Positions 1 through 8,714 of a stretch of 64,000 nucleotides of DNA are shown piece by piece. The first letter of the stretch is position 1; every line of letters starts with the position of its first letter. A program made the position numbers and the translations under genes. Under the pieces are notes generated by a model. The model was not told the origin of the DNA. It worked only from the letters and a program-made list of their open reading frames with translations, and searched no databases. Source of the stretch: Candidatus Omnitrophota bacterium (GTDB lineage: Bacteria > Omnitrophota > Omnitrophia > Omnitrophales > Aquincolibacteriaceae); assembly GCA_016196555.1 (NCBI GenBank), contig JACPXL010000070.1, positions 17,918 to 81,917 of the forward strand. Reading direction: 5' to 3'.

Positions 1-540
1 ATCTTGCTTCAATTGATGGAAGAGGGAAGATTGACGGACGCCTACGGGCGGAAAGTTGATTTTCGCAATACCATTCTCATTATGACGTCCAATGTCGGGG
101 CGGAAATGATCAAAAAGCAGAATGAGATGGGATTCAAAAAAGAAACCGACGAACAAAATTACGAGACGATTAAACGGAAACTTTTGGATGAAACGAGAAA
201 GATTTTCCGCCCGGAGTTTTTGAATCGCGTGGATGACATTATTGTTTTCCATCCGCTCGTTCGTCAGGATTTGGAACAAATTGTCGAAATCGAGCTTCAA
301 GAGGTCAAGGACCGCCTCAAGGAAAAGAAGATGGAGATTATTCTGTCTCCTGAAGTCGTCAAATTTTTAATCGACAAGGGATATGATCCCGTTTTTGGTG
401 CGCGGCCCCTCAAACGTACGCTTCAGCGTTATGTTGAAAACGTCCTGGCGGAGGAAATTCTTTCTGGAAAATTCCAGGAGGGGGACAAAGTCCGTGCCGA
501 ATTGCGCGGTGAAGTCATTCAATTCGAAAAAGCCTCTTAA
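1..540 (+). CDS. clpC: Clp/Hsp100 AAA+ chaperone ATPase, C-terminal fragment (5' end lies outside the window)
   Basis: Frame 1 is open to the window edge. The translation carries the D2 sensor and small-domain motifs GRLTD..G..VDFRNTILIMTSNVG and GARPLKR typical of ClpC/ClpA/ClpB. Confidence 0.85.
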   Translation: MLLQLMEEGRLTDAYGRKVDFRNTILIMTSNVGAEMIKKQNEMGFKKETDEQNYETIKRKLLDETRKIFRPEFLNRVDDIIVFHPLVRQDLEQIVEIELQEVKDRLKEKKMEIILSPEVVKFLIDKGYDPVFGARPLKRTLQRYVENVLAEEILSGKFQEGDKVRAELRGEVIQFEKAS

Positions 541-545
541 TCAAA

Positions 546-2462
546 ATGCCTTATCGCTGGCGGATTGCGCTTACAGCAGTCTTTTGTTTTTTGATAGCAG
601 CCGGAGCGGGAGGATATTTTGTCCTGGCCTCCCGCGTAAGCCGCGGTGATTTCAAACTCTTGGCGGAAAACCGGGTCGGGGATTTTTTTAAAACCCGGGT
701 CCGAATCGGCAATATTCGCCCCCATTTATTCAATCAGATTTCTCTGACGGAATTAGTGGTCGGTTCTGAAAAATCCTCCGAAAAACATCCTTATTTTGTT
801 CATATCGAAAAAGTTGTTTTCCGCTATAATTTTCTTCAACTCCTTATTCAGAATTTCAAAACTCCCAATGTCATTGTTTTGGAAGCCCCCAAGGTCATTC
901 TCGATCAAACCTCTTTTCCCTACGATTTATTCCAGCGATTAGGATTGGATGCCAAAAGCGGGGGAATGGGTTCCTCCACGTTAAAAATTAAGGGTGGTGA
1001 AGTCCGGATCCCGGTTGGCCTTTTCCATACCGAGTTACGGCTTAATGATATTCAAGGATCTTTACAGTCTGAGGGTGACGGGAAAATCTCCGTGTCTTTC
1101 AAAGCGCATGCTTCGGGGCTGCTTAAAGGCGATCTTTTATTGGCAGGTGTGATTGATGTTTTTAACAAAACTCACCATCTAGATTTGAAAATGGAAGGAA
1201 TTAGTTTCAGCGATGTGGTTGCGCTTCCTTTTGACCGGCTCGATGGGAATGTAAGGCTGGAAAATGGAAAATTCATTTTTGATAATTTAGAAGGGACCAT
1301 CAAAGGCTGGAAAAACCATTTAAGCGGCGCGTTATGGAATTTAGGGCCGGCGCCGGCTTTTGAATTGGACTGGCAGGTGGGAAAGAAAGATTTTTTAGGA
1401 GCTATCCATTTTGAAGGCGATTTAGCCGCAGAAAATTTCAAAGCTTCCTTGCAGCCCTTTTTAAAGCAGGAAATTATTCTGGAAGGTAAAATCCGCCGCG
1501 AAGGCATGAATTTCTTTTCAGACGCCTATAAAACAAATACAGGTTATGAAGGTTCGGGAAAATTGGATTTTGAGTCAGGGGCTTATGATTTTTCGTTTCG
1601 GAAAGAAAATCAAATTATTGCGGTTGAATCCAACCTGAAGGGACTCAGTTTTCATTTGCGTCTGGATTTGAATCATGTAAAATTTTGGAATTTGGATGTG
1701 GCGACAAAGATGGAAATCGAACTCGACCCCGTGGCCCTGCGCTGGGAGGAACATGATTGGAAATTTAGGGGCAGTTTCAACACGGACTACTTTATTTTAG
1801 AATACATTCCATGGCAGGATTTTAGCGGCAGTTTCGAAATAGTGCCCTATGCCGTTAAAAATTTCACGAGTTTTTGGGGTGATGTTTTTCAAATGGATGC
1901 GGAGCTGAACTTTCAGCCCGCTATTCCTGACGGAAAGGCAGACCTTCGAGTCCATGGTTTTGATTTAAGCCATGTTAAAGAATTTGCCAGCAAACCTCTT
2001 CCCAAAGATTTAGGCGGAAAACTGGAAGGGAAATTGCATATCGAAGGGCCGATTTTCCGGCCCGAGGTGGTGGGGAATTTCAATGTCCATGACGGGAAAA
2101 TCGGAAAATTGCTCTATGACCGGGGCATTATTCAATTCCGCGGCTTTCCGCCTTATTTGGCGCTGTATGATTCCAGAATTTTAAAAGGAAGAACCACGCT
2201 TTATTTAACCGGAGCTTTAAATTTAGCGCTGCCAAATATGTTTCATGGCATCCGCATCGAAACTTCGGATAAAATTGTTATTTGGAAAGGCATTCAAGCT
2301 CACACCAGCCAGGGAGGACTTGAAATCGAACATGTGTGGGAAAATCTTCCCGAATTTGCACTTGAAAGTGTCGGGCAGAAGAAAAAATCGATTATGGATG
2401 AGCCGTCTCAAAACGCTGAAGATAACCCCGGGGTTGTGGTCGGCCCCAAAGTAAAATTTTAA
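546..2462 (+). CDS. Membrane-anchored large beta-rich protein, AsmA/TamB-like by architecture
   Basis: 638-aa ORF starting 6 nt after the clp stop. One N-terminal TM helix (IALTAVFCFLIAAGAGGYFVL), then a long repeat-like soluble region ending ...GPKVKF. It sits directly upstream of mlaEFD. The family call rests on architecture and context only. Confidence 0.45.
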   Translation: MPYRWRIALTAVFCFLIAAGAGGYFVLASRVSRGDFKLLAENRVGDFFKTRVRIGNIRPHLFNQISLTELVVGSEKSSEKHPYFVHIEKVVFRYNFLQLLIQNFKTPNVIVLEAPKVILDQTSFPYDLFQRLGLDAKSGGMGSSTLKIKGGEVRIPVGLFHTELRLNDIQGSLQSEGDGKISVSFKAHASGLLKGDLLLAGVIDVFNKTHHLDLKMEGISFSDVVALPFDRLDGNVRLENGKFIFDNLEGTIKGWKNHLSGALWNLGPAPAFELDWQVGKKDFLGAIHFEGDLAAENFKASLQPFLKQEIILEGKIRREGMNFFSDAYKTNTGYEGSGKLDFESGAYDFSFRKENQIIAVESNLKGLSFHLRLDLNHVKFWNLDVATKMEIELDPVALRWEEHDWKFRGSFNTDYFILEYIPWQDFSGSFEIVPYAVKNFTSFWGDVFQMDAELNFQPAIPDGKADLRVHGFDLSHVKEFASKPLPKDLGGKLEGKLHIEGPIFRPEVVGNFNVHDGKIGKLLYDRGIIQFRGFPPYLALYDSRILKGRTTLYLTGALNLALPNMFHGIRIETSDKIVIWKGIQAHTSQGGLEIEHVWENLPEFALESVGQKKKSIMDEPSQNAEDNPGVVVGPKVKF

Positions 2463-2467
2463 TTGAT

Positions 2468-3292
2468 ATGGCAACTCCCTATTCTCGTTTTCATACGCTG
2501 CGCCGGTGGATATCCGTTCGTGGATGGCTGCGACGGGCAGGAAGTCTCTCCCTCTCCCTTGCGCAACATGCAGGCGGTATCAGCCTTCTTTTAAAAGACA
2601 GCCTTCAGGTGCTTTTTTCTTCCAAAATCCGCTGGCAGGCCACCGTCGAGCAAATGGACCGAATCGGATTGATGTCCCTGCCGCTTGTTTTTTTAACCGC
2701 GCTTTTTACAGGAATGGTCCTAGGCCTTCAATCCGCCTATCAATTAAAATTATTTGCCGCTGAACAGTACACCTCAGACCTTGTTGCTCTTTCTATGACG
2801 CGCGAATTGGGACCTGTTTTGACTGCAATGGTTGTGGCCGGCCGCGTGGGAGCATCGATTGCTGCAGAACTTGGCACGATGAAGGTCACTGAGCAAATTG
2901 ATGCATTGCGTTCGCTGGCTGTGAATCCCGTCCGTTATTTGGTGGTCCCGCGTTTTGTGGCCGCATTTTTTATGCTGTTCATTCTTACCATTTATGCGGA
3001 TTTCATCGGGATGGTGGGCGGATATTTGATTGCTGTTTTTAAATTGGGTATCAGCTCCCATCAATACATCAAGCGCAGTGCTGATGTTTTGATGATCAAA
3101 GATGTGGTGACTGGGCTTATTAAGGCTTTTTTCTTTGGAGGTATTATTTCTATTGTAGGCTGTTATTACGGATTTAATGCTGAAGGCGGTGCCGAAGGCG
3201 TGGGGCGTGCCACTACTTTGGCGGTCGTTACGGCCTTAATCGTGATTATTGCTTCCGACGCCCTGTTCACCGGAATTTTCTATTTCTTTTAA
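2468..3292 (+). CDS. mlaE: Mla/Ttg2-type ABC transporter permease (MlaE/YrbE family)
   Basis: 274-aa polytopic membrane protein with the MlaE-like segment ELGPVLTAMVVAGRVGASIAAELGTMKVTEQIDAL. Followed by an ABC ATPase and an MCE protein. Confidence 0.85.
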   Translation: MATPYSRFHTLRRWISVRGWLRRAGSLSLSLAQHAGGISLLLKDSLQVLFSSKIRWQATVEQMDRIGLMSLPLVFLTALFTGMVLGLQSAYQLKLFAAEQYTSDLVALSMTRELGPVLTAMVVAGRVGASIAAELGTMKVTEQIDALRSLAVNPVRYLVVPRFVAAFFMLFILTIYADFIGMVGGYLIAVFKLGISSHQYIKRSADVLMIKDVVTGLIKAFFFGGIISIVGCYYGFNAEGGAEGVGRATTLAVVTALIVIIASDALFTGIFYFF

Positions 3293-3303
3293 ACGGAGCG
3301 GCT

Positions 3304-4056
3304 TTGATTCAAATTCAAGGATTACATAAATGGTTCGGCATGAACCACGTTTTGCAGGGGCTTGACCTGGATATTCAGAATGGAGAGACGCTCGTCATTA
3401 TTGGGCGTTCCGGCTGCGGTAAGAGCGTCCTTTTAAAGCACATTGTAGGAATTTTAGAACCGGATGAAGGAAAGGTTTTGATTGAGGGCACGGATGTTTT
3501 TTCCCTTTCCGGCAATGATCTCGATCAATTCCGCCTGCATCTTGGCATGCTTTTTCAAAGTGCGGCACTTTTTGATTCCCTGACCGTACGGGAAAATGTC
3601 GGATTTTCGCTTTATGAACACACTAACGTGAAAGGTCATGACATCGAAGAAAAGGTGAGGGAAAAGCTGGGGTTGGTCGGTCTTCGGGGAATTGAAGACC
3701 TTATGCCTTCTGAACTTTCAGGGGGAATGAGAAAACGCGTCGGTTTGGCGCGGGCCATTTGCACGGAACCCAAAATTATTTTATATGATGAGCCTACGAC
3801 AGGGCTTGATCCCATTAATGCGGACGTGATTAACGATTTGATTTTACGAATGCAGGAACGTTTAAAAGTGACTTCGGTGGTTGTCACTCATGATATGACG
3901 AGTGCCTACAAAGTGGGAAACCGGATTGCCATGCTGTATCAGGGAAAAATCATCGGCATCGGGACTCCGGATGAAATTAAAAATACTAATAATCCAATTA
4001 TTCGGCAATTTGTGAGCGGGTCGGCAAAGGGTCCGATTACCGACCAAAAAGGATAG
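3304..4056 (+). CDS. mlaF: Mla-type ABC transporter ATP-binding protein
   Basis: TTG start. Walker A GRSGCGKS, signature LSGGMRKR, Walker B ILYDEPT. Lies between mlaE and the MCE gene. Confidence 0.88.
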   Translation: MIQIQGLHKWFGMNHVLQGLDLDIQNGETLVIIGRSGCGKSVLLKHIVGILEPDEGKVLIEGTDVFSLSGNDLDQFRLHLGMLFQSAALFDSLTVRENVGFSLYEHTNVKGHDIEEKVREKLGLVGLRGIEDLMPSELSGGMRKRVGLARAICTEPKIILYDEPTTGLDPINADVINDLILRMQERLKVTSVVVTHDMTSAYKVGNRIAMLYQGKIIGIGTPDEIKNTNNPIIRQFVSGSAKGPITDQKG

Positions 4057-4779
4057 GTGGTTATGAAAAAAGGGCGGGATGAAATGAAGGTTGGGATGTT
4101 CGTGATTTTGGGCTTTATTATACTCACCTTGATCGTTTTCTTTATTAGCGGGGCGTTTCTTTTTAGGCCGGGGTATGCTCTTACAGTGACCTACGAATAT
4201 GTCAATATCCTGGATAAAGGCGCCCCAGTGCGCATGGCGGGGGTCCGGGTGGGAGAAGTGAATAGCGTGGCCCTGGTTTTTGACCCTACAGAGGGTAAAA
4301 CCCATGTTCGGGTAAAACTTTTCATTGCAAAAGGGGTCGAAATTAGGGAAAATTACTCGTTTGAGATCCGGGGGACCCATATTTTGAGTGAACCCCATAT
4401 TGAGATCAGCCCTCAGCCAGGCAATGCGGCGGTTTTAAAGCCGGGAACAGAGATTAAAGGGGTTGATGCTCTTCCGATGGAAGATCTCCTTAAGCATGTT
4501 GAAAATGTCGGAGCGGATCTCGAAGTCGTAGTTAAAAGTTTGCGGGAAAGCTTTGAAGAGGCGAATCTTAAGGAAACTTTTCAAAATTTTCACGATTCCA
4601 GCGAATCGATGAATTCTCTTCTTGCAAAAGCGGACCAGGGCGAAGGAACAGTCGGCAAACTTTTAACCGAAGACGGTCTCTATGAAGATATGCGCGCCCT
4701 TGTGCAGGAAATCAAAGCGCATCCCTGGAGGCTTTTAAAACGTGATAATGAACGAAGTAAATTTCTTGGGATATTTTAA
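4057..4779 (+). CDS. mlaD: MCE-domain protein (MlaD family)
   Basis: N-terminal TM helix (VGMFVILGFIILTLIVFFISG), then an MCE-like segment (VTYEYVNILDKGAPVRMAGVRVGEV) and a helical C-terminal extension. The start could be GTG 4057 or ATG 4063. Confidence 0.8.
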   Translation: MVMKKGRDEMKVGMFVILGFIILTLIVFFISGAFLFRPGYALTVTYEYVNILDKGAPVRMAGVRVGEVNSVALVFDPTEGKTHVRVKLFIAKGVEIRENYSFEIRGTHILSEPHIEISPQPGNAAVLKPGTEIKGVDALPMEDLLKHVENVGADLEVVVKSLRESFEEANLKETFQNFHDSSESMNSLLAKADQGEGTVGKLLTEDGLYEDMRALVQEIKAHPWRLLKRDNERSKFLGIF

Positions 4780-4800
4780 TGAATCGTTTTATAAATTCTA

Positions 4801-4888
4801 ACGTCATCCTGAACGATCCTAAAGGACTGCTTCGCCGAGCGAAGGATCTCATGACGAGATTCTTCGGCCTTCGGCTTCAGAATGACGT
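4801..4888. repeat. Palindromic REP/MITE-like element, copy 1 (GTCATCCTGAA...TTCAGAATGAC subtype)
   Basis: Outer arms acgtcatcctgaa (4801-4813) and ttcagaatgacgt (4876-4888) are 12/13 complementary. Inner hairpin gaaggatctc-atgac-gagattcttc (9/10). Lies in the mlaD-yacL-like intergenic gap. Confidence 0.8.
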
Positions 4889-4911
4889 ATTGAGATTAAG
4901 GAGTTTAGGCC

Positions 4912-6102
4912 ATGATTGTGTTAATCCGTATTTTTTTTATCGCTTCTTGCGCCGTTTTCGGCTTTTATTCGCCCCTGCTTTGGCTAGGGTCCCTCAATTT
5001 GCCCCAAGTTCCATGGGCAGGAGCAGTGCTCGGTCTTCTCGCCGGTTGTTTTGTTCTTCTGATCGACGTCTTTTTTAAGAAATACACTGTACGCAACATT
5101 CTCGCAGTTCTGCTCGGTGCCGCCCTTGGGCTTTTGACTCACCGTCTTTTTATGATGGTGATTCATAATTTCAACCTTCCTCCAGAAACCGAAAGACAGT
5201 TTGGAATTGCCACGGCGATTGTTTTCACTTACCTAGGTGTCATTACAATGTTGAGAGGCCAAGACGAATTCACCCTCATGATTCCCTTTGTGACTTTAGA
5301 TACCAAGGCCTCAGGGGAAGAGTTGATCCTTCTGGATACGAGCGTCATTATCGACGGCCGTATTGCGGATATTTGCGAAACTCATTTTCTTTCCGGCAAA
5401 TTAGTTTTGCCCCGTTTCGTTTTAAAAGAACTGCAGCTTATCGCCGATTCTTCGGACCCGCTTAAAAGAAATCGCGGCCGCCGCGGCCTTGATGTGCTCA
5501 ATCGCGTGAAATCCAACCCCAATGTCCAAGTCAAAATCAATGAAATGGATTTCCCCGAATTTTCCACGGTCGATGCCAAGCTCGTAAAAATGGGCCAAGT
5601 TTTGAATGCAAAAGTTTTTACCAATGATTTCAATTTGAATAAAGTGGCTGAACTTCAAGGAGTCAAAGTTCTCAATATCAATGAATTGGCCAATGCCTTA
5701 AAACCGATTGTGATGCCTGGTGAGGTGATGCAGGTAAAAATCCTCAAAGAAGGTAAAGAGCATGATCAGGGCGTGGCTTATCTTGATGATGGCACCATGG
5801 TGGTGGTGGATAATGGCCGCAAACGCATGGGACAAACGCTCAATGTGACGATTACGAGCGTTCTGCAAACTCAGGCAGGCCGTATGATTTTTGCAAAACC
5901 CGGAGACGATTATGATCGCGGGGATTCTCCTGACCGCAATCGCGGCAACCGGGACCGTGGAAACCGTGACCGCAATTTTCGCCCGCCATTCCGTTCTAAT
6001 CAAAATGCAAATCCGAATACCGGCCCAGGTTCCACTCAAAACTCAATTCCGGCAGCGCCAGCGTCGGCAGAGTTCAAAGAACATGGGGGAGGGAGCGCGT
6101 GA
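4912..6102 (+). CDS. PIN/TRAM domain membrane protein (YacL-like) with a low-complexity Arg/Asp/Asn/Gly-rich tail
   Basis: SD AAGGAG lies 9 nt upstream. Four N-terminal TM helices, a PIN-like core ([14 protein letters not shown]...[11 protein letters not shown]), a TRAM-like barrel ([30 protein letters not shown]...[20 protein letters not shown]), and it sits upstream of ispDF as yacL does in Bacillus. Confidence 0.75.
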   Translation: MIVLIRIFFIASCAVFGFYSPLLWLGSLNLPQVPWAGAVLGLLAGCFVLLIDVFFKKYTVRNILAVLLGAALGLLTHRLFMMVIHNFNLPPETERQFGIATAIVFTYLGVITMLRGQDEFTLMIPFVTLDTKASGEELILLDTSVIIDGRIADICETHFLSGKLVLPRFVLKELQLIADSSDPLKRNRGRRGLDVLNRVKSNPNVQVKINEMDFPEFSTVDAKLVKMGQVLNAKVFTNDFNLNKVAELQGVKVLNINELANALKPIVMPGEVMQVKILKEGKEHDQGVAYLDDGTMVVVDNGRKRMGQTLNVTITSVLQTQAGRMIFAKPGDDYDRGDSPDRNRGNRDRGNRDRNFRPPFRSNQNANPNTGPGSTQNSIPAAPASAEFKEHGGGSA

Positions 6103-7293
6103 ATGCGCACAACCCTCATTATTGCCGCCGGCGGCAGCGGCGAACGTTTTCGTAAAGGTCTCGGCAATTCTCCGCGCAGTTTTCCCTCCAAACTTTTTTA
6201 TCCTGTCAGCGGGCAGCCGCTTCTTGTCCATACTCTGCGCGCTTTTCGGAAAGTAAAGTCGATCCGCGAAATTGTTTTGAGTGTCCCGCGCGGCGTTGAA
6301 TCGGCCGTCAAAAAAATTCTGAAAAACGAAGTTGCCGTTTCCTGCAAAATTGTTCCGGGAGGAAAAACCCGCGCTGAATCGGTGTGGAAAGCACTCGAAA
6401 AATCCCAACCGGGAAATTCCTGGGTCATGGTCCATGACGGCGCAAGGCCGCTTGTGTCGCAAGAGTCCATCGATGAATTGCTGGCCTCCGCGAAGCATAC
6501 GGATGCTGCGATTCTGGCGCAAAAAGTGGTCCCGACCATTAAGGAAATAGGTGAGAACAATTGGGTGAATCGAACCATTGATCGCAGCCGTCTTGCCGAA
6601 GCCGAGACGCCGCAGCTTGTCCGCCGTAATTTATTGATGAAGGCCTATCGCGAAAATCCTCATGCCATGCAGGCCACTGATGAAGCCGCGCTAGTGGAGT
6701 CTATCGGAGGGCGCGTCAAATTGGTGACTCACGACGGATGGAACCCAAAGGTGACAACAGTCCAGGATTTTGATTTGCTCGAGGCTTATTTGACCCGCCA
6801 TCAAAAATCGGAAACGCGTACGGGTTTTGGGCGTGATACCCATCGGCTGACGGCGGGAAGGAAATTCTATTTAGGCGGCATTCGCATTTCTTCAGCTAAA
6901 GGCCCGCTCGGACATTCCGACGGCGATGCGCTGCTCCATGCTGTTTGTGACGCGATTTTGGGGGTGATCGGCGAAGGCGATATCGGCGATTGGTTTTCGG
7001 ATAAAAATAAAAAATTCAAAGGGATTCGCAGCGAAGTCATGCTTCAAAAAATTCTAAAGCGGGCGCAGGAAAAAAAGTGGGTTATCAAACATTTGGACAC
7101 GATCACGGTCCTTGAATCTCCGAAGCTCGGTCCGCATAAAAAACGCATTCAAAAAAGAATCGCTAAAATTTTAGGCCTTCCCGAAGACGCAGTTTCCATC
7201 AAAGCTAAGACCGCCGAAGGTTTGGGACCGGAAGGCAAGGGCCTGGCCATCACTTGTGAGGCCATCGCCACCATGGAGCGCTCTACTCCATGA
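6103..7293 (+). CDS. ispDF: Bifunctional MEP cytidylyltransferase / MEcPP synthase (IspD-IspF fusion)
   Basis: 396 aa. The N-terminal half carries the IspD motif IIAAGGSGERF. The C-terminal half carries the IspF motifs GFGRDTHRL and GHSDGDALLHA. The ATG starts immediately after the upstream stop. Confidence 0.92.
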   Translation: MRTTLIIAAGGSGERFRKGLGNSPRSFPSKLFYPVSGQPLLVHTLRAFRKVKSIREIVLSVPRGVESAVKKILKNEVAVSCKIVPGGKTRAESVWKALEKSQPGNSWVMVHDGARPLVSQESIDELLASAKHTDAAILAQKVVPTIKEIGENNWVNRTIDRSRLAEAETPQLVRRNLLMKAYRENPHAMQATDEAALVESIGGRVKLVTHDGWNPKVTTVQDFDLLEAYLTRHQKSETRTGFGRDTHRLTAGRKFYLGGIRISSAKGPLGHSDGDALLHAVCDAILGVIGEGDIGDWFSDKNKKFKGIRSEVMLQKILKRAQEKKWVIKHLDTITVLESPKLGPHKKRIQKRIAKILGLPEDAVSIKAKTAEGLGPEGKGLAITCEAIATMERSTP

Positions 7294-8711
7294 TACGCGT
7301 CAGATTTGCTCCTTCTCCCACGGGTTTTCTTCATCTTGGAAATATTCGCACCGCCCTTTTTAATTATCTTTTTGTCAAACGCCAAAATGGAAAATTTATT
7401 TTGCGTGTGGAAGATACCGATCGTGAACGTTCCAAGCCGGAATTCCGCCAGGGTTTGATGGAAGACATGCTTTGGATGGGGATTCGCTGGGATGAAGGGC
7501 CTGAGGTGGGCGGTGATTTCGGTCCTTATCTTCAATCCGAGCGCCTTCCCATTTATCAAAAGCACATCGACAAGCTCATCAGCGAGGGGAAAGCCTATTA
7601 TTGTTACGTGACGGAAGAAGAAACCGAAGAGTTAAAGCGTTTGGCCAAGCTCGAACGTCGTCCGCCGCGTTTTGATAACCGGGGACGTTATTTTTCCAAA
7701 GAAGAAATCGAAAGTCGTAAAGCGCGCGGCATCAAACCCACGGTGCGTTTTAAAATCGAAAACCCCCAGCTTAAAATGCATGACCTCATTCGCGGAGATG
7801 TTTCGTTTAATTTGGACGAAATGGTGGGGGATTTTGTGATTCAACGCGCGGATGGACAGCCCACCTTTCATCTTGCGGTGTGCATTGATGATGGGCTAAT
7901 GCAAGTTACGCATGTTATTCGCGGCGAAGACCATTTATCCAACACGCCAAAACATATTCTGCTTCTGCGGGCCATGGGATTTGAGCCGCCGCAATACGGC
8001 CACTTGTCTTTGATTCATGGCCCTGGCGGCGAGCCTCTTTCCAAGCGCTTAGGTGACGTTTCGGTGAAGGAATTCCGCCGCAAAGGTTATTTGCCGCATG
8101 GTTTGGCCAACTACATTGCGCTTCTTGGCTGGGCACCGGGCGACAATCGCGAAATTTTTAAATGGGAAGAACTCATGCAGGCGTTTGATCTGGCGCGCGT
8201 CAATAAATCGGCATCCATTTATGATCCGCATAAACTGGATTGGGTGAATGGCGAGCATTTGCGCGCGCTTTCCGATGAAGATTTCTCGCGTTTTGCCCTG
8301 ACTTATTTAAAAGAACAAAAACTTTTAAAGCATGATGAGAGCATTCTTCACAAAATCCTTCCTATTTTTAAAGACAATATCGAGCGTTTTGACCAGCTTG
8401 CGGACCGGCTCGAAATTTTAAATGAAAACCTCCATTACGAAAGCAAAGACTTAATCCAATCCGAAGAAGGCCGTGAAGTCTGCAAAACGGCGCTTGAAAT
8501 TCTCCCGACGATTACGGATGTGGGTGAAGCCATATATGAAAATCTTATTCAAGCGCTCAAACCGCGCGTCAAAGCCAAAGGCAAACATCTTTTCATGCCG
8601 CTGCGTATTGCCATCACCGGAAAAGTGCATGGCCCGGAACTCAAACGTCTATTCCCAGTTTTTGGTATTGAAGGCGTAAAGAAACGTTTAGAGCGCGCGT
8701 TAAACCTCTGA
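7290..8711 (+). CDS. gltX: Glutamyl-tRNA synthetase
   Basis: RFAPSPTGFLHLGNIRTA (HIGH-type motif) and PLSKR (KMSKS-type motif). ATGA overlap with the ispDF stop. Confidence 0.95.
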   Translation: MIRVRFAPSPTGFLHLGNIRTALFNYLFVKRQNGKFILRVEDTDRERSKPEFRQGLMEDMLWMGIRWDEGPEVGGDFGPYLQSERLPIYQKHIDKLISEGKAYYCYVTEEETEELKRLAKLERRPPRFDNRGRYFSKEEIESRKARGIKPTVRFKIENPQLKMHDLIRGDVSFNLDEMVGDFVIQRADGQPTFHLAVCIDDGLMQVTHVIRGEDHLSNTPKHILLLRAMGFEPPQYGHLSLIHGPGGEPLSKRLGDVSVKEFRRKGYLPHGLANYIALLGWAPGDNREIFKWEELMQAFDLARVNKSASIYDPHKLDWVNGEHLRALSDEDFSRFALTYLKEQKLLKHDESILHKILPIFKDNIERFDQLADRLEILNENLHYESKDLIQSEEGREVCKTALEILPTITDVGEAIYENLIQALKPRVKAKGKHLFMPLRIAITGKVHGPELKRLFPVFGIEGVKKRLERALNL

Positions 8712-8714
8712 CCC

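Noticed and set aside
4779-5078. 99-aa + strand ORF between mlaD and the PIN-TRAM gene
   Set aside because: Its first half is simply the palindromic element translated (VILNDPKGLLRRAKDLM...RFFGLRLQNDV). Its second half overlaps the well-supported PIN-TRAM gene, which has a good SD, in another frame.
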